The translations under genes and the position numbers were made by a program. From an uncultured virus (IMG/VR IMGVR_UViG_3300005512_000007) (taxonomy: Duplodnaviria > Heunggongvirae > Uroviricota > Caudoviricetes), in IMG/VR virus record IMGVR_UViG_3300005512_000007: a DNA stretch of 64,000 nt; one strand, 5' to 3'. The notes under the pieces are model-generated. The model searched no databases, was not told the DNA's origin, and was given only the letters and a program-made list of their open reading frames with translations. Numbering within the stretch: the first letter of the stretch is position 1; every line of letters starts with the position of its first letter. Below are positions 19,031 through 27,814 of the stretch, in pieces.

Positions 19031-20187
19031 TTCAGAAGAGTCCTTACGGACTATCGCCTGATTTAGAGATAACCATTGCCAATGTCGCAGTGGATTATTC
19101 GTCTATCAATAAAGTAGATCTGCATCTAGCGGAAAACCAGCACGATCTTCTCGTGTTTGATATCGCAGGTATTCCCCCTCGTGCGATCACGGACTACTAC
19201 AACAAGCCTGTTTATGCCAAGATCCACACAGGCGGCAACTTTTATCAGGAGTTCCACGGCTATGTTGAAGATGTCCGCCCCGCCTCCCGCACCGAGTTTG
19301 GGTTGATGAACAACAGCCCGTTCCAAGAGGCGAAGATCGTATGTCTAGGAGTGTCGTACATCATGCGTGGCGCAACCAGCAAGGTGTGGGCCAACTACCG
19401 CCTCAGCGATATCGCTAGGGAACTGTGTCAGAAATACGGCTTTAGTCTTGACGTTGCTGCCGACCCAGCAATCCACGAGTCGCTCCTTCAGACCAACGAG
19501 TCTGACTGGCAGTTCCTGTCAAGGTACGCACAGTTGCTTGGGTACAGCGTGAATGTCCATGGTACGCACATGCACATCTATGACCCGCATAAGGCATTGA
19601 GTCGTAGGACTTCATATCACGTGCTGAGCACTATGCGGAAGAAGACGAACAACAGCATCAGCCCTGCGCCCGGTCAGATCCTAGAGTTTGACGGATCGTT
19701 CTCTAAGCGCCATATCGATGGCGAATACAAGGAGAGCATCGTTACTGTGGTAAATCCTGATAACGGTATGTTCGACGTGAACTCCAGAACAGTCGCCCCC
19801 ACCAATAACGGTGTTCCTCGATTCCCCAACAGAGTCGCTGAGTACGTTGACAACTTTGAGGAGGCCGCTCGCCGCATCTCGGCAGTATCAAAGGAAAAGT
19901 ACGACTACTACGCAACGGCACGTGTGCTGGGGGTCGCTGGATGCGTCCCCGGCGGTATCGTCAGCGTGGATAACTACAACGCTGACTTTGACGGCTTCTG
20001 GTATGTGCGAAGCGTGAAGCACACCGTCCATACCAGCGCCTTTCACACGGAGTTAGAGTTGGCTAAGAACTTCAACTCGGAGTTGAACTTCACGAATACT
20101 GAGTCGTTCCGTACGCCCCCCAAGACGGTGTACTCAAACAAGAGTGGTTGGTTAGCGGAGAGCAAGGCAGTCAATGAGTACTCCTGA
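19027..20187 (+). CDS. baseplate hub (late control GPD-like)
   Basis: QTNESDWQFL.R.A...GY; FDGFWYVRSVKH. Confidence 0.85.
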   Translation: MIQKSPYGLSPDLEITIANVAVDYSSINKVDLHLAENQHDLLVFDIAGIPPRAITDYYNKPVYAKIHTGGNFYQEFHGYVEDVRPASRTEFGLMNNSPFQEAKIVCLGVSYIMRGATSKVWANYRLSDIARELCQKYGFSLDVAADPAIHESLLQTNESDWQFLSRYAQLLGYSVNVHGTHMHIYDPHKALSRRTSYHVLSTMRKKTNNSISPAPGQILEFDGSFSKRHIDGEYKESIVTVVNPDNGMFDVNSRTVAPTNNGVPRFPNRVAEYVDNFEEAARRISAVSKEKYDYYATARVLGVAGCVPGGIVSVDNYNADFDGFWYVRSVKHTVHTSAFHTELELAKNFNSELNFTNTESFRTPPKTVYSNKSGWLAESKAVNEYS

Positions 20188-22084
20188 CTTTGAACTACAT
20201 CGAGCGATAGTCCACTGGTCGGACCCCACGACTGGATTTGCTCAGGTCCGTGTACCCACGCTGTTGGGGGCCGAGAACGTCGTCTACATCCCGAACACCG
20301 GGCTGACCGAGAGTGGCGGTGTGTGGAACGTCCCAGCAGAGGGCACCTCGACATTCATTGCTGTGTCCCATGATCGAACACAGTTTCTCTGGTTGACAGC
20401 CCTCGGCGCTGGTGGGGGCGGTGCCGCAGGAGTTCCCGCCGCCACAGGTGAGCCGATGGGGCACCAAGAGCGTACTGATAGTGCAGTTTCATTTAATGAC
20501 AGCACTCGTACCTTCTCGATACAACCGGTAGGCGACTCCTACACCGTGTGGTGTAAGGGCACTAAATACGATAAAACCGAGTTAGAGACAGTCACAGTGC
20601 CTGACTCTACGGACCTGTACTACATCTACTTCGATCCTGACGGGGCGCTACAGTACCGCACGGGCTACTTTGTCTGGGACGAGGACTGCCCAACCGCGTA
20701 CGTTTACTGGAACGCCACTACCCAGAAGGCCGAGTTCTTTGCTGACGAGCGCCATGGCATTGTCCTTGACTGGCAGACCCACGAATACCTGCACCGGACG
20801 CGGGGTGCCGCTATTGCTAACGGGTTTGATCTAAACCCAACCAAGTTCGTCATTGATGGCGATGGCTCTATAGACGAACACTGCTATTGGGGCATGTATG
20901 GCACTGGCAGCACCATAGGTACGTTCTTTGACGAGGATCTTCAGGTAGATATCATTGGCTCTGCTACGCCTACGGCGAACACGTGGGAGCAGTTCCTAGA
21001 AGCCCCCGCTAAAATCCCGGTGTTCTACAAGGAAAGTTATGGGTGGGTAAAGAATACCGCTACGAACTTCCCCTTCAAGTCTGGCCCCAATCGCCCCTAC
21101 TACAACTCAATTGGTGATCTGAGTTACCTCACAGAGATCGATACCAATAAGTTCGGTATTGCATGGATCGTTGCTACGAATAACCTCAACGATCCGGTAC
21201 TAGCAATCATGGGCCAAGATCAGTATGGCAACATCGGTGAAGCAGAGGCCGCTGACTGGAATTCCCTAGACCTTACCGATCTTCCCATCGTAGAAATGCG
21301 CCCCCTCTATAAGTACGTGTTCCAAACGAAGGATACGTATACCAATAGCGTTAAGGCGGCTCTACGAGGGCTGTACGACATTCGTAGGATAGAGTCCTCA
21401 GCAGGAGCACCCTCGGCAGCAGAGTCATTAGCCGCTGCTATACAGAACCTACTAGTTCCTGCCGGTACTGTTTCAGCGACTATTCGTACCACCGCTGACA
21501 CGGGCTGGTTGATGCTTGATGGTAGTTCTGTTGCATCAGCAGCCAGTTTGTATCCATCGTTGTGGGAAGTGTCCCCTGCTTCTTGGAAGTCTGGAACAAC
21601 GCTTACTCTCCCCAATATGACTAACAGGACTCTAGAGGGTTCCGGTGCTACTGCTCTTGGTGTACTGGGCGGGTCGAACTCGGTCAGTCTTGCTACAGCA
21701 AATCTCCCAGCGCACAGCCACTCAATCAACCACGGTCACGCTGACGACTTTACAGCAAACCAAAGTCAGCACAGACACTCCGTTGATCCGCCTAGCACCA
21801 CTACATCGACTCATTCAGACGGGACTAACTATCTGTATGAAGTGGGCGGCGGTGCATACGATTTCGGCGGCGGTGGGTCTGTTGAAGGCCAGTTCGTTAC
21901 TATTAGTTCCCATAGTCACACTGTCAATATTCCGGCGTTCAACTCGGGCTACACAGATCCGGCCATCACCATTAGCGGTGGTGTCACTAATCACACCGGT
22001 AACTCGGGTAACACCGGTTCTGGGACGAGCGTGGACGTGACGAACGCTCACTTAGCGGTGAACTTCCAAATTAAGGCTCACTAA
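20174..22084 (+). CDS. baseplate spike (gpV OB-fold) fused to fibre/collar domains
   Basis: RAIV...DP...QVRVP.L.G...VPAEG N-terminus; GWLMLDGS, LPAHSH, VNFQIK C-terminus. Confidence 0.7.
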   Translation: MSTPDFELHRAIVHWSDPTTGFAQVRVPTLLGAENVVYIPNTGLTESGGVWNVPAEGTSTFIAVSHDRTQFLWLTALGAGGGGAAGVPAATGEPMGHQERTDSAVSFNDSTRTFSIQPVGDSYTVWCKGTKYDKTELETVTVPDSTDLYYIYFDPDGALQYRTGYFVWDEDCPTAYVYWNATTQKAEFFADERHGIVLDWQTHEYLHRTRGAAIANGFDLNPTKFVIDGDGSIDEHCYWGMYGTGSTIGTFFDEDLQVDIIGSATPTANTWEQFLEAPAKIPVFYKESYGWVKNTATNFPFKSGPNRPYYNSIGDLSYLTEIDTNKFGIAWIVATNNLNDPVLAIMGQDQYGNIGEAEAADWNSLDLTDLPIVEMRPLYKYVFQTKDTYTNSVKAALRGLYDIRRIESSAGAPSAAESLAAAIQNLLVPAGTVSATIRTTADTGWLMLDGSSVASAASLYPSLWEVSPASWKSGTTLTLPNMTNRTLEGSGATALGVLGGSNSVSLATANLPAHSHSINHGHADDFTANQSQHRHSVDPPSTTTSTHSDGTNYLYEVGGGAYDFGGGGSVEGQFVTISSHSHTVNIPAFNSGYTDPAITISGGVTNHTGNSGNTGSGTSVDVTNAHLAVNFQIKAH

Positions 22085-22091
22085 GGGGTGC

Positions 22092-22122
22092 TTGACATCG
22101 TTTCGTAACATTGTGGTACACT
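22092..22122 (+). promoter_or_regulatory. sigma-A-type promoter
   Basis: TTGACA-19-TACACT with TGTGG extended -10. Confidence 0.55.
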
Positions 22123-22155
22123 CCTTGTAGGAGACATCAACGAGGAGGTACCCCA

Positions 22156-22728
22156 ATGCGTCGTCTTCTTTCCCTTACCCTTGCGGCGGTTACTCTTGTT
22201 ACCGCGTCACTGGTCCAGACAGCGGCCAGCGTAGGAATTCCTGAGGAGTTCATCCCACCCCATAACTGGGAACTCCCCGCAGACCCGCCGCCCACTCCTG
22301 TGCGCTCTATTCAGATCTCCAGCATCCGCCCCGAGCCGGTGTGGGCAGATGAGCGGCGAGAGCCACTGCCCCCGCCCCGTGTCAAGTCGTGGAGCCGCCA
22401 TAACCCTGACTGGCGTTGTGACGAGTGGATGCCCCTAGCCCGCGAGGTGGGGTGGGCCGAGGAGCAACTGCCCAAGTTGTCCTACACGATCTACCGTGAG
22501 ACACGTTGCCGCCCCGACCAGCACAATCCCGACGACCCTATGGGGGGTAGCAACGGCCTGACACAGATCAACCAGTTCTGGTGTAAGCCGACTCGGTACT
22601 GGCCGGGGGGCTGGCTCCAGACCCACGGCATCCTTGACCACTGCGACGAACTGTATGATCCCAGAATCTCCCTAACAGCGTCACTTGCTTTGTGGGAGAA
22701 CTCTGGTTGGACTCCTTGGTTCCCCTAA
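22156..22728 (+). CDS. secreted lysozyme-like/transglycosylase protein
   Basis: Signal peptide; Pro-rich linker; IYRETRC, GSNGLTQIN, LYDPRI, GWTPW. Confidence 0.7.
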   Translation: MRRLLSLTLAAVTLVTASLVQTAASVGIPEEFIPPHNWELPADPPPTPVRSIQISSIRPEPVWADERREPLPPPRVKSWSRHNPDWRCDEWMPLAREVGWAEEQLPKLSYTIYRETRCRPDQHNPDDPMGGSNGLTQINQFWCKPTRYWPGGWLQTHGILDHCDELYDPRISLTASLALWENSGWTPWFP

Positions 22729-22759
22729 ATATCGTATAATGGTCTCCTGAGGAGGCCGT

Positions 22760-24259
22760 ATGCGGCGTTTCAGGATTACCTATTTACCAGCATTGATATG
22801 GGTGTTTTCCCTGATCATGCCGTCGACCGCCCAAGCGGCCTCGTATACCGTCACTCAAGAGTCTGAGTGGGTGTTCACTGTTTCACAGACAGAGTTGGTG
22901 TACATCTACGGCAACAGCAATAGGGGTTGTAACGAGCCGGGGACGGACCCGTACCTTTGGCTATACAACTCAGACGGGGCACTGGTAACCCAGAACGATG
23001 ACGGCAACCACAACTCAGTAGATCAGTGCGTATCTTCTAAAATTGTCACTGAGTTACAGCCCGGGACGTATACGATATTGGCAGGATATTGTTGTAGTAT
23101 CCGAGGTCTGGGCGTTAACCCTTACGGTAATGGCGCTTCTTATGAACTGATCATCCAGAATTACGAATTGAGCACGGAATGGCCGACTACAAGCACTTCC
23201 ACGACAACCACCACATCGTCCACAACGACAACGACAGTTGTCACGACGACCACGTCCACTACTACGTCCACTACTACGTCCGTACCGACGACGACGACTA
23301 CATCCACGACACTGCCCCCGACGACGACGGTTACAACGAATACGACGAGTACGACGATCCCGCCGACTACGAGCACCTCATCACCGGCTACGACGACGGT
23401 ACCACCCACCACAACGACTACTGCACCGCCTACGACGACCACCACGACGGTATTACCGTCCACGACGACAACGGTCGCCCCTACGTCGTCTCTCGCTCCT
23501 GCCCCATCCACGACACCCACCACGTCCTACGTGCCCCCGCCTCAGCCAGTAGCACCCCCGCCCCCACCTCAGCCGGTAGTGACGACTCCTCCCGTAACGA
23601 CGACCTCTTCAACAACTTCTACGACGAGTTCAACGTCCACTACAACCACGACAACGACCCCCACAACGTCGTTGCCGCCATCGACCACGTCAACACCACC
23701 GACTACGACAACCTCCGTCCCCGCGAGCACGACCACGCTAGTAACTACTACGACATCGCCTCCGACTACATCTACCCTCCCCCCGACGACTACTACGACC
23801 ACGTTGCTCGCCACTACTACGACGGAGCCGACACCCACCTCTTCAGTACCAAGCACAACTACGACTGATTCGGCCTCGGTCTCGGCACAAGAAGCCAAGA
23901 CATCGGCTATCATTGCTAGGGTAAGCAATCAAGAACTTGCCGAATCCGTGGCTGAAGTACTCAGCACAGGTGGCGAAATAACCGTAGATGCGGTTCAAGA
24001 TCTGGTCAACAACGAAGAGTTTGAGAGTCTTGACGAGGAGACCCTAGAGGTCATCAGCGAGGCTCTATCTGCCGCTCCAGACGAGGTCAAAGAAGAGTTT
24101 GAGGCAGAAGTCAACGTATTCTCTGGGAACTTCGATAACTACATACCTTCTGGCTCTAAGATTAGCGTCGAAGATCGAAGGGTTGTAGTTGCCGTAACGG
24201 CCACTATTTCGGCGTCCGTAGCCGCCCCCGCCTCTGGAGGTGGCAGAAGGAGACGCTGA
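22760..24259 (+). CDS. mucin-like Thr/Pro-rich membrane-anchored surface protein
   Basis: Signal peptide; DPYLWLY...QNDDG (PPC-like) domain; ~240 aa T/P/S stalk; acidic helical domain; hydrophobic tail then RRRR. Confidence 0.7.
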   Translation: MRRFRITYLPALIWVFSLIMPSTAQAASYTVTQESEWVFTVSQTELVYIYGNSNRGCNEPGTDPYLWLYNSDGALVTQNDDGNHNSVDQCVSSKIVTELQPGTYTILAGYCCSIRGLGVNPYGNGASYELIIQNYELSTEWPTTSTSTTTTTSSTTTTTVVTTTTSTTTSTTTSVPTTTTTSTTLPPTTTVTTNTTSTTIPPTTSTSSPATTTVPPTTTTTAPPTTTTTTVLPSTTTTVAPTSSLAPAPSTTPTTSYVPPPQPVAPPPPPQPVVTTPPVTTTSSTTSTTSSTSTTTTTTTPTTSLPPSTTSTPPTTTTSVPASTTTLVTTTTSPPTTSTLPPTTTTTTLLATTTTEPTPTSSVPSTTTTDSASVSAQEAKTSAIIARVSNQELAESVAEVLSTGGEITVDAVQDLVNNEEFESLDEETLEVISEALSAAPDEVKEEFEAEVNVFSGNFDNYIPSGSKISVEDRRVVVAVTATISASVAAPASGGGRRRR

Positions 24260-24435
24260 TGTTCAAGCGCCTATTTAGAGAGGGCCACTCCCTCATCTGG
24301 ACCGTTTCGGGGACGGGTTTAGTGCTAATCACCCTGTCGGGGGACGTACTGAAGTACGCCCTGTGGATTAGCGTTTTATCCCTCATCGCCCACCTCGCAG
24401 GGTTTATACTCATGAAGGATGATGGAGATGACTAA
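24259..24435 (+). CDS. small two-TM membrane protein
   Basis: MFKRLFREGHSLIWTVSGTGLVLITLSG...; TGATG coupling. Confidence 0.6.
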   Translation: MFKRLFREGHSLIWTVSGTGLVLITLSGDVLKYALWISVLSLIAHLAGFILMKDDGDD

Positions 24436-24688
24436 AAAGACTGCCAGCATGGTCAAGGACGTGGCTTTACGTATGTTTGCTACGTTTACCGCCTCTGCCC
24501 TGAGCATTATCTCCGGTGCCGCCATTATTGGTGACATTGAGATGCACAAGGCCGCTTTGCTGGCCGGATTCGTGGCCGTCGCTCAGGTTGCCGAGAAACT
24601 GGCACGTGCCAGCATGGACGGCGAACTTACCAAGGAAGAGATTGACGAGGCTTTTCTCGGTGCCCGCATCAAGCGGGAAACCGACTAA
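24428..24688 (+). CDS. holin-like membrane protein
   Basis: Two hydrophobic segments; DG.LT.EEID.AF. Confidence 0.55.
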   Translation: MTKKTASMVKDVALRMFATFTASALSIISGAAIIGDIEMHKAALLAGFVAVAQVAEKLARASMDGELTKEEIDEAFLGARIKRETD

Positions 24689-24745
24689 CCCAGCCATATC
24701 TGTGCTAGGGTTATACCCGTAATAACCCCTATCGGAGGTATTCAT

Positions 24746-24967
24746 ATGTTTGATCCCAAGTTCCTCAAGGATGCCGGTGAGCGTGCGGTTTCGACTGTTG
24801 CTCAGACGTTCGTTGCCCTCGTCGGCACCGACGCTATGGACATCCTGTCGGTGAACATTGCTGACGCCGTCAAGGCCGCTATCGCTGCCGGTGTCCTCTC
24901 GTTCGTGAAGTCGTTTGCCGCCAGCAAGGTTGGCGACAAGTCGGCTTCGGCTGTGCGTCTGGGCTGA
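24746..24967 (+). CDS. holin (r1t-like)
   Basis: F.KDAGERAV.T.AQ...; directly upstream of the endolysin. Confidence 0.8.
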   Translation: MFDPKFLKDAGERAVSTVAQTFVALVGTDAMDILSVNIADAVKAAIAAGVLSFVKSFAASKVGDKSASAVRLG

Positions 24968-24969
24968 TC

Positions 24970-25941
24970 ATGGGCCGTCCGTATACCGGATTTGACGTTG
25001 TTGCTGGAGGTAAGAGGGCAGGCTTTGAGACCTTTATTGATCTCTTAGAAGCCCACTTTGGCCTGTGGAATAACGGGACCTTCGGCGTACGTAAGAAGAG
25101 GGGGAAATCGTCTTACTCCGTCCATGCGACGGGCAGGGCGGGGGACCTTAGTTGGCGAGGCGCACCATATCGCGGCCCCGGCAACTATGAAGCCGCCTGT
25201 AAGATGATGGACTTCCTTGCCGCTAATGCGGACGCTCTCTTCGTTGAGGCCATCTTCGATTACTACCCTGCGCCCCACGGTCGTGGTTGGAAGTGTGACC
25301 GGGCTGACTGGCAGGTGTACAGCAAGCCTGCCTTCTCCGGTGCGCCCGGAGGAGACTGGGTCCATGTCGAGGTCAGCAATGACAAGGCAGACGACCCCCA
25401 GTACTACATCGACACCATGAAGCGTCTTCTGGGTGAACCGCCTAAGGCTGTTGCCCCGGCTCCCGCCAAGAAGACTCCCTCCGCTCCCCCCGGAAAGAAG
25501 CCATGGCTTCAGGTCGGGTCTAAGGGCGCGGCTGTCAAGAAGGTGCAGGAACTTGTCGGTGCTGAGCCTGTGGACGGTGATTACGGTCGCAAGACCGAGG
25601 CCGCTGTCAAGGCGTATCAGGCTGAGCACGACCTCCATGTCGATGGCATCTGGGGTCCCGGCTCTGATAAGCACGCTAAGAACTGCACTTGTAAGCCCGC
25701 TGAGCCTGCCCCCGAGCCGGTTGCGTCCACCAAGATCGGTACTAAGGCTGAGTTCCCCGGCAACATGCAGAGGGGTAGCCGTGGTGAGCACGTCAAGCAG
25801 GTCCAGTCCAAGGTCGGCGCTACGCCGGACGGTTGGTTCGGCCCCGCCACCGAGCGTCGTGTCAAGGAGTGGCAGAAGGCTAATGGTCTTACGGTTGACG
25901 GCGTAGTCGGCCCCAAGACCTTTGCCGCTATGTTTGGCTGA
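24970..25941 (+). CDS. endolysin: Zn-peptidase-like domain plus two peptidoglycan-binding domains
   Basis: SVHATGRAGD, WVHVE; DG.YG.KT..AVKAYQ..L.VDGI.GP repeats. Confidence 0.85.
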   Translation: MGRPYTGFDVVAGGKRAGFETFIDLLEAHFGLWNNGTFGVRKKRGKSSYSVHATGRAGDLSWRGAPYRGPGNYEAACKMMDFLAANADALFVEAIFDYYPAPHGRGWKCDRADWQVYSKPAFSGAPGGDWVHVEVSNDKADDPQYYIDTMKRLLGEPPKAVAPAPAKKTPSAPPGKKPWLQVGSKGAAVKKVQELVGAEPVDGDYGRKTEAAVKAYQAEHDLHVDGIWGPGSDKHAKNCTCKPAEPAPEPVASTKIGTKAEFPGNMQRGSRGEHVKQVQSKVGATPDGWFGPATERRVKEWQKANGLTVDGVVGPKTFAAMFG

Positions 25942-25949
25942 GGTAGCAG

Positions 25950-26336
25950 ATGAAGAACATAGCCGTACCATTTAGGTTTACGGGCGGGCGCGTGGCTGCG
26001 ACCACTGACCCCGACACTGTTGCTCGGCAAAAGATCATTGATGTGCTGACCACCGCCCCCTCAGAGCGGTTTGGTCTACCTAACTATGGTGCTGGTCTTT
26101 ATTCGCTACTGTTTGAACCAATAGACGAATTGGTAGAAGCCGACTTCAAGATGGATGCTATGATGGAACTGCGCGACCGTGTGTCTGGAGTTACCATCCA
26201 CGACATCCGTATCAAGCAGAATCAAATAGACGAAAGCACTGCGGACATCTACGTTTACTATTCGTTGCCACTAAGCCCAGCACAGACGTTTTCTTTTACC
26301 ATTACTAACACCTTGACGGAAGAGAGTCCGCTCTAA
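25950..26336 (+). CDS. baseplate wedge gp25/GPW
   Basis: VL.T...ER..LP.YG.GL..LLFEP. Confidence 0.88.
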   Translation: MKNIAVPFRFTGGRVAATTDPDTVARQKIIDVLTTAPSERFGLPNYGAGLYSLLFEPIDELVEADFKMDAMMELRDRVSGVTIHDIRIKQNQIDESTADIYVYYSLPLSPAQTFSFTITNTLTEESPL

Positions 26337-27814
26337 TGGCATTTGATTACTCCAGCCGCGATTACAGCACCATCAAGGCTGACTTGTTAGCCCGTGCTGC
26401 CCGTATCGCCCCCGAGTGGACTGACCGTAATCCCTCAGACTTTGGAATGGTGCTAGTTGATCTCTGGGCAAGCATGGGGGATGTTCTCCATTATTACGTG
26501 GACCGTGCCGCTGGAGAATCTGTACTTCCCACTGCTACTCAGCGTGAGTCTGTACTGGCCTTTGCAAACCTGTTTGATTACGTTCCTAATGGCCGTACGA
26601 GCGCTCAGGGTACAGTATCGCTGACTAACAGCGGTGCTACTGATATCACGCTTCCTAAGTACACCCGCTTTATCGCTCGTAGTGATAACGCCACATATCA
26701 GGCGTACAGCCTTGATGGGGCGACGATTGCCGCTGGTGCTACTGCCGTCGTCAACCTTGCAGAGGGTTTTATCGTGAACTCCCCTGCGGAGACGCTCACC
26801 AACTCCTCTTCTGGTCGGAGTTCTCAGCGGTACACCCTGAGCAACGCCAATGTGGTCCGCAGTTCGCTGGTTATCACCGTGTACGAAGACGGGGTTACCC
26901 CGACCGCCTACCGGCGAGTTGATCGCCTCTCTAACGCAGTTGCGGGAGACCGAGTGTTCTCAGTCCGCACCACGGCTACGGGTGCTACCGAGGTTGTCTT
27001 TGGTACCGAGGTTCGTGGATTCATCCCCCCGACCGGGGCTGTCATCACGGCTATTTACGCCTACTCCAGCGGAGTTGCTGGAAATCTCCCTGCCAATAGC
27101 GTCACGGCTTTCCGAGACTCAACTCCCGCCGGTCTGGTTATCGCTTCCTCTTCAGCATTTACTGGCGGTGTCAACGAGGAACCGATTACTTCTCTCAAGA
27201 ATTCCATTCCGTCCCTCACCTCGGCTCAGAACCGTGCAGTTACGGCTAACGACTTCATCAACCTCGCTCTTGGTATCGACGGTATATCGAAGGCCGCTGT
27301 TGAGTACACCCCCAATCCCGCTGGTGGCGCTTCTGCCGGTAACGCCAGCGTGACGGTGTATCCACAGGTGAACAGGGCAGGCGACTACCTGACGACGGGT
27401 GATACTTCTCAGACTGTCAGTGCCGACACGCAGTCGGCTGTTGTCTCGCTGATCCAGCCCCGCGCACTTCTTGGGGTTGACGTGGTCAGCGCCACCAGCA
27501 TTACGTGGACCCCCATCAACCTCACCGTCACTGCGTACCTGTCTGACAACGTGGTGGCGCTGTACGCCAAGCGGGATATCGAAGATGCCATCGATGCGCT
27601 CTTTGACTTCGATGCCGTGTCGTTTGGTCAGACGATGTCGCTGGGCCAGTTCTACCGCTCTATCCAGAACGTGTTCGGTGTGGATTACGCCGTCATCAGC
27701 CTCTTTGACGATGATGGCTCTGCGGTGGAAACTTCCATCACTGTTGACCCGCTAAGTCTTCCTAAGAAAGGAACGGTGGTCGTTACCGTCGCTGGCGGGA
27801 TCACCAGTACCTGA
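26336..27814 (+). CDS. baseplate J-like wedge protein
   Basis: DYSSRDY..I..L...PEWTD..SDFG; G..GN; RAVT..DF. Confidence 0.9.
   Translation: MAFDYSSRDYSTIKADLLARAARIAPEWTDRNPSDFGMVLVDLWASMGDVLHYYVDRAAGESVLPTATQRESVLAFANLFDYVPNGRTSAQGTVSLTNSGATDITLPKYTRFIARSDNATYQAYSLDGATIAAGATAVVNLAEGFIVNSPAETLTNSSSGRSSQRYTLSNANVVRSSLVITVYEDGVTPTAYRRVDRLSNAVAGDRVFSVRTTATGATEVVFGTEVRGFIPPTGAVITAIYAYSSGVAGNLPANSVTAFRDSTPAGLVIASSSAFTGGVNEEPITSLKNSIPSLTSAQNRAVTANDFINLALGIDGISKAAVEYTPNPAGGASAGNASVTVYPQVNRAGDYLTTGDTSQTVSADTQSAVVSLIQPRALLGVDVVSATSITWTPINLTVTAYLSDNVVALYAKRDIEDAIDALFDFDAVSFGQTMSLGQFYRSIQNVFGVDYAVISLFDDDGSAVETSITVDPLSLPKKGTVVVTVAGGITST

Noticed and set aside
23161..23928. Overlapping ORFs (Asp/His/Tyr-rich, Arg-rich, Val-rich)
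   Set aside because: These are by-products of ACN codon runs in the Thr-rich gene.
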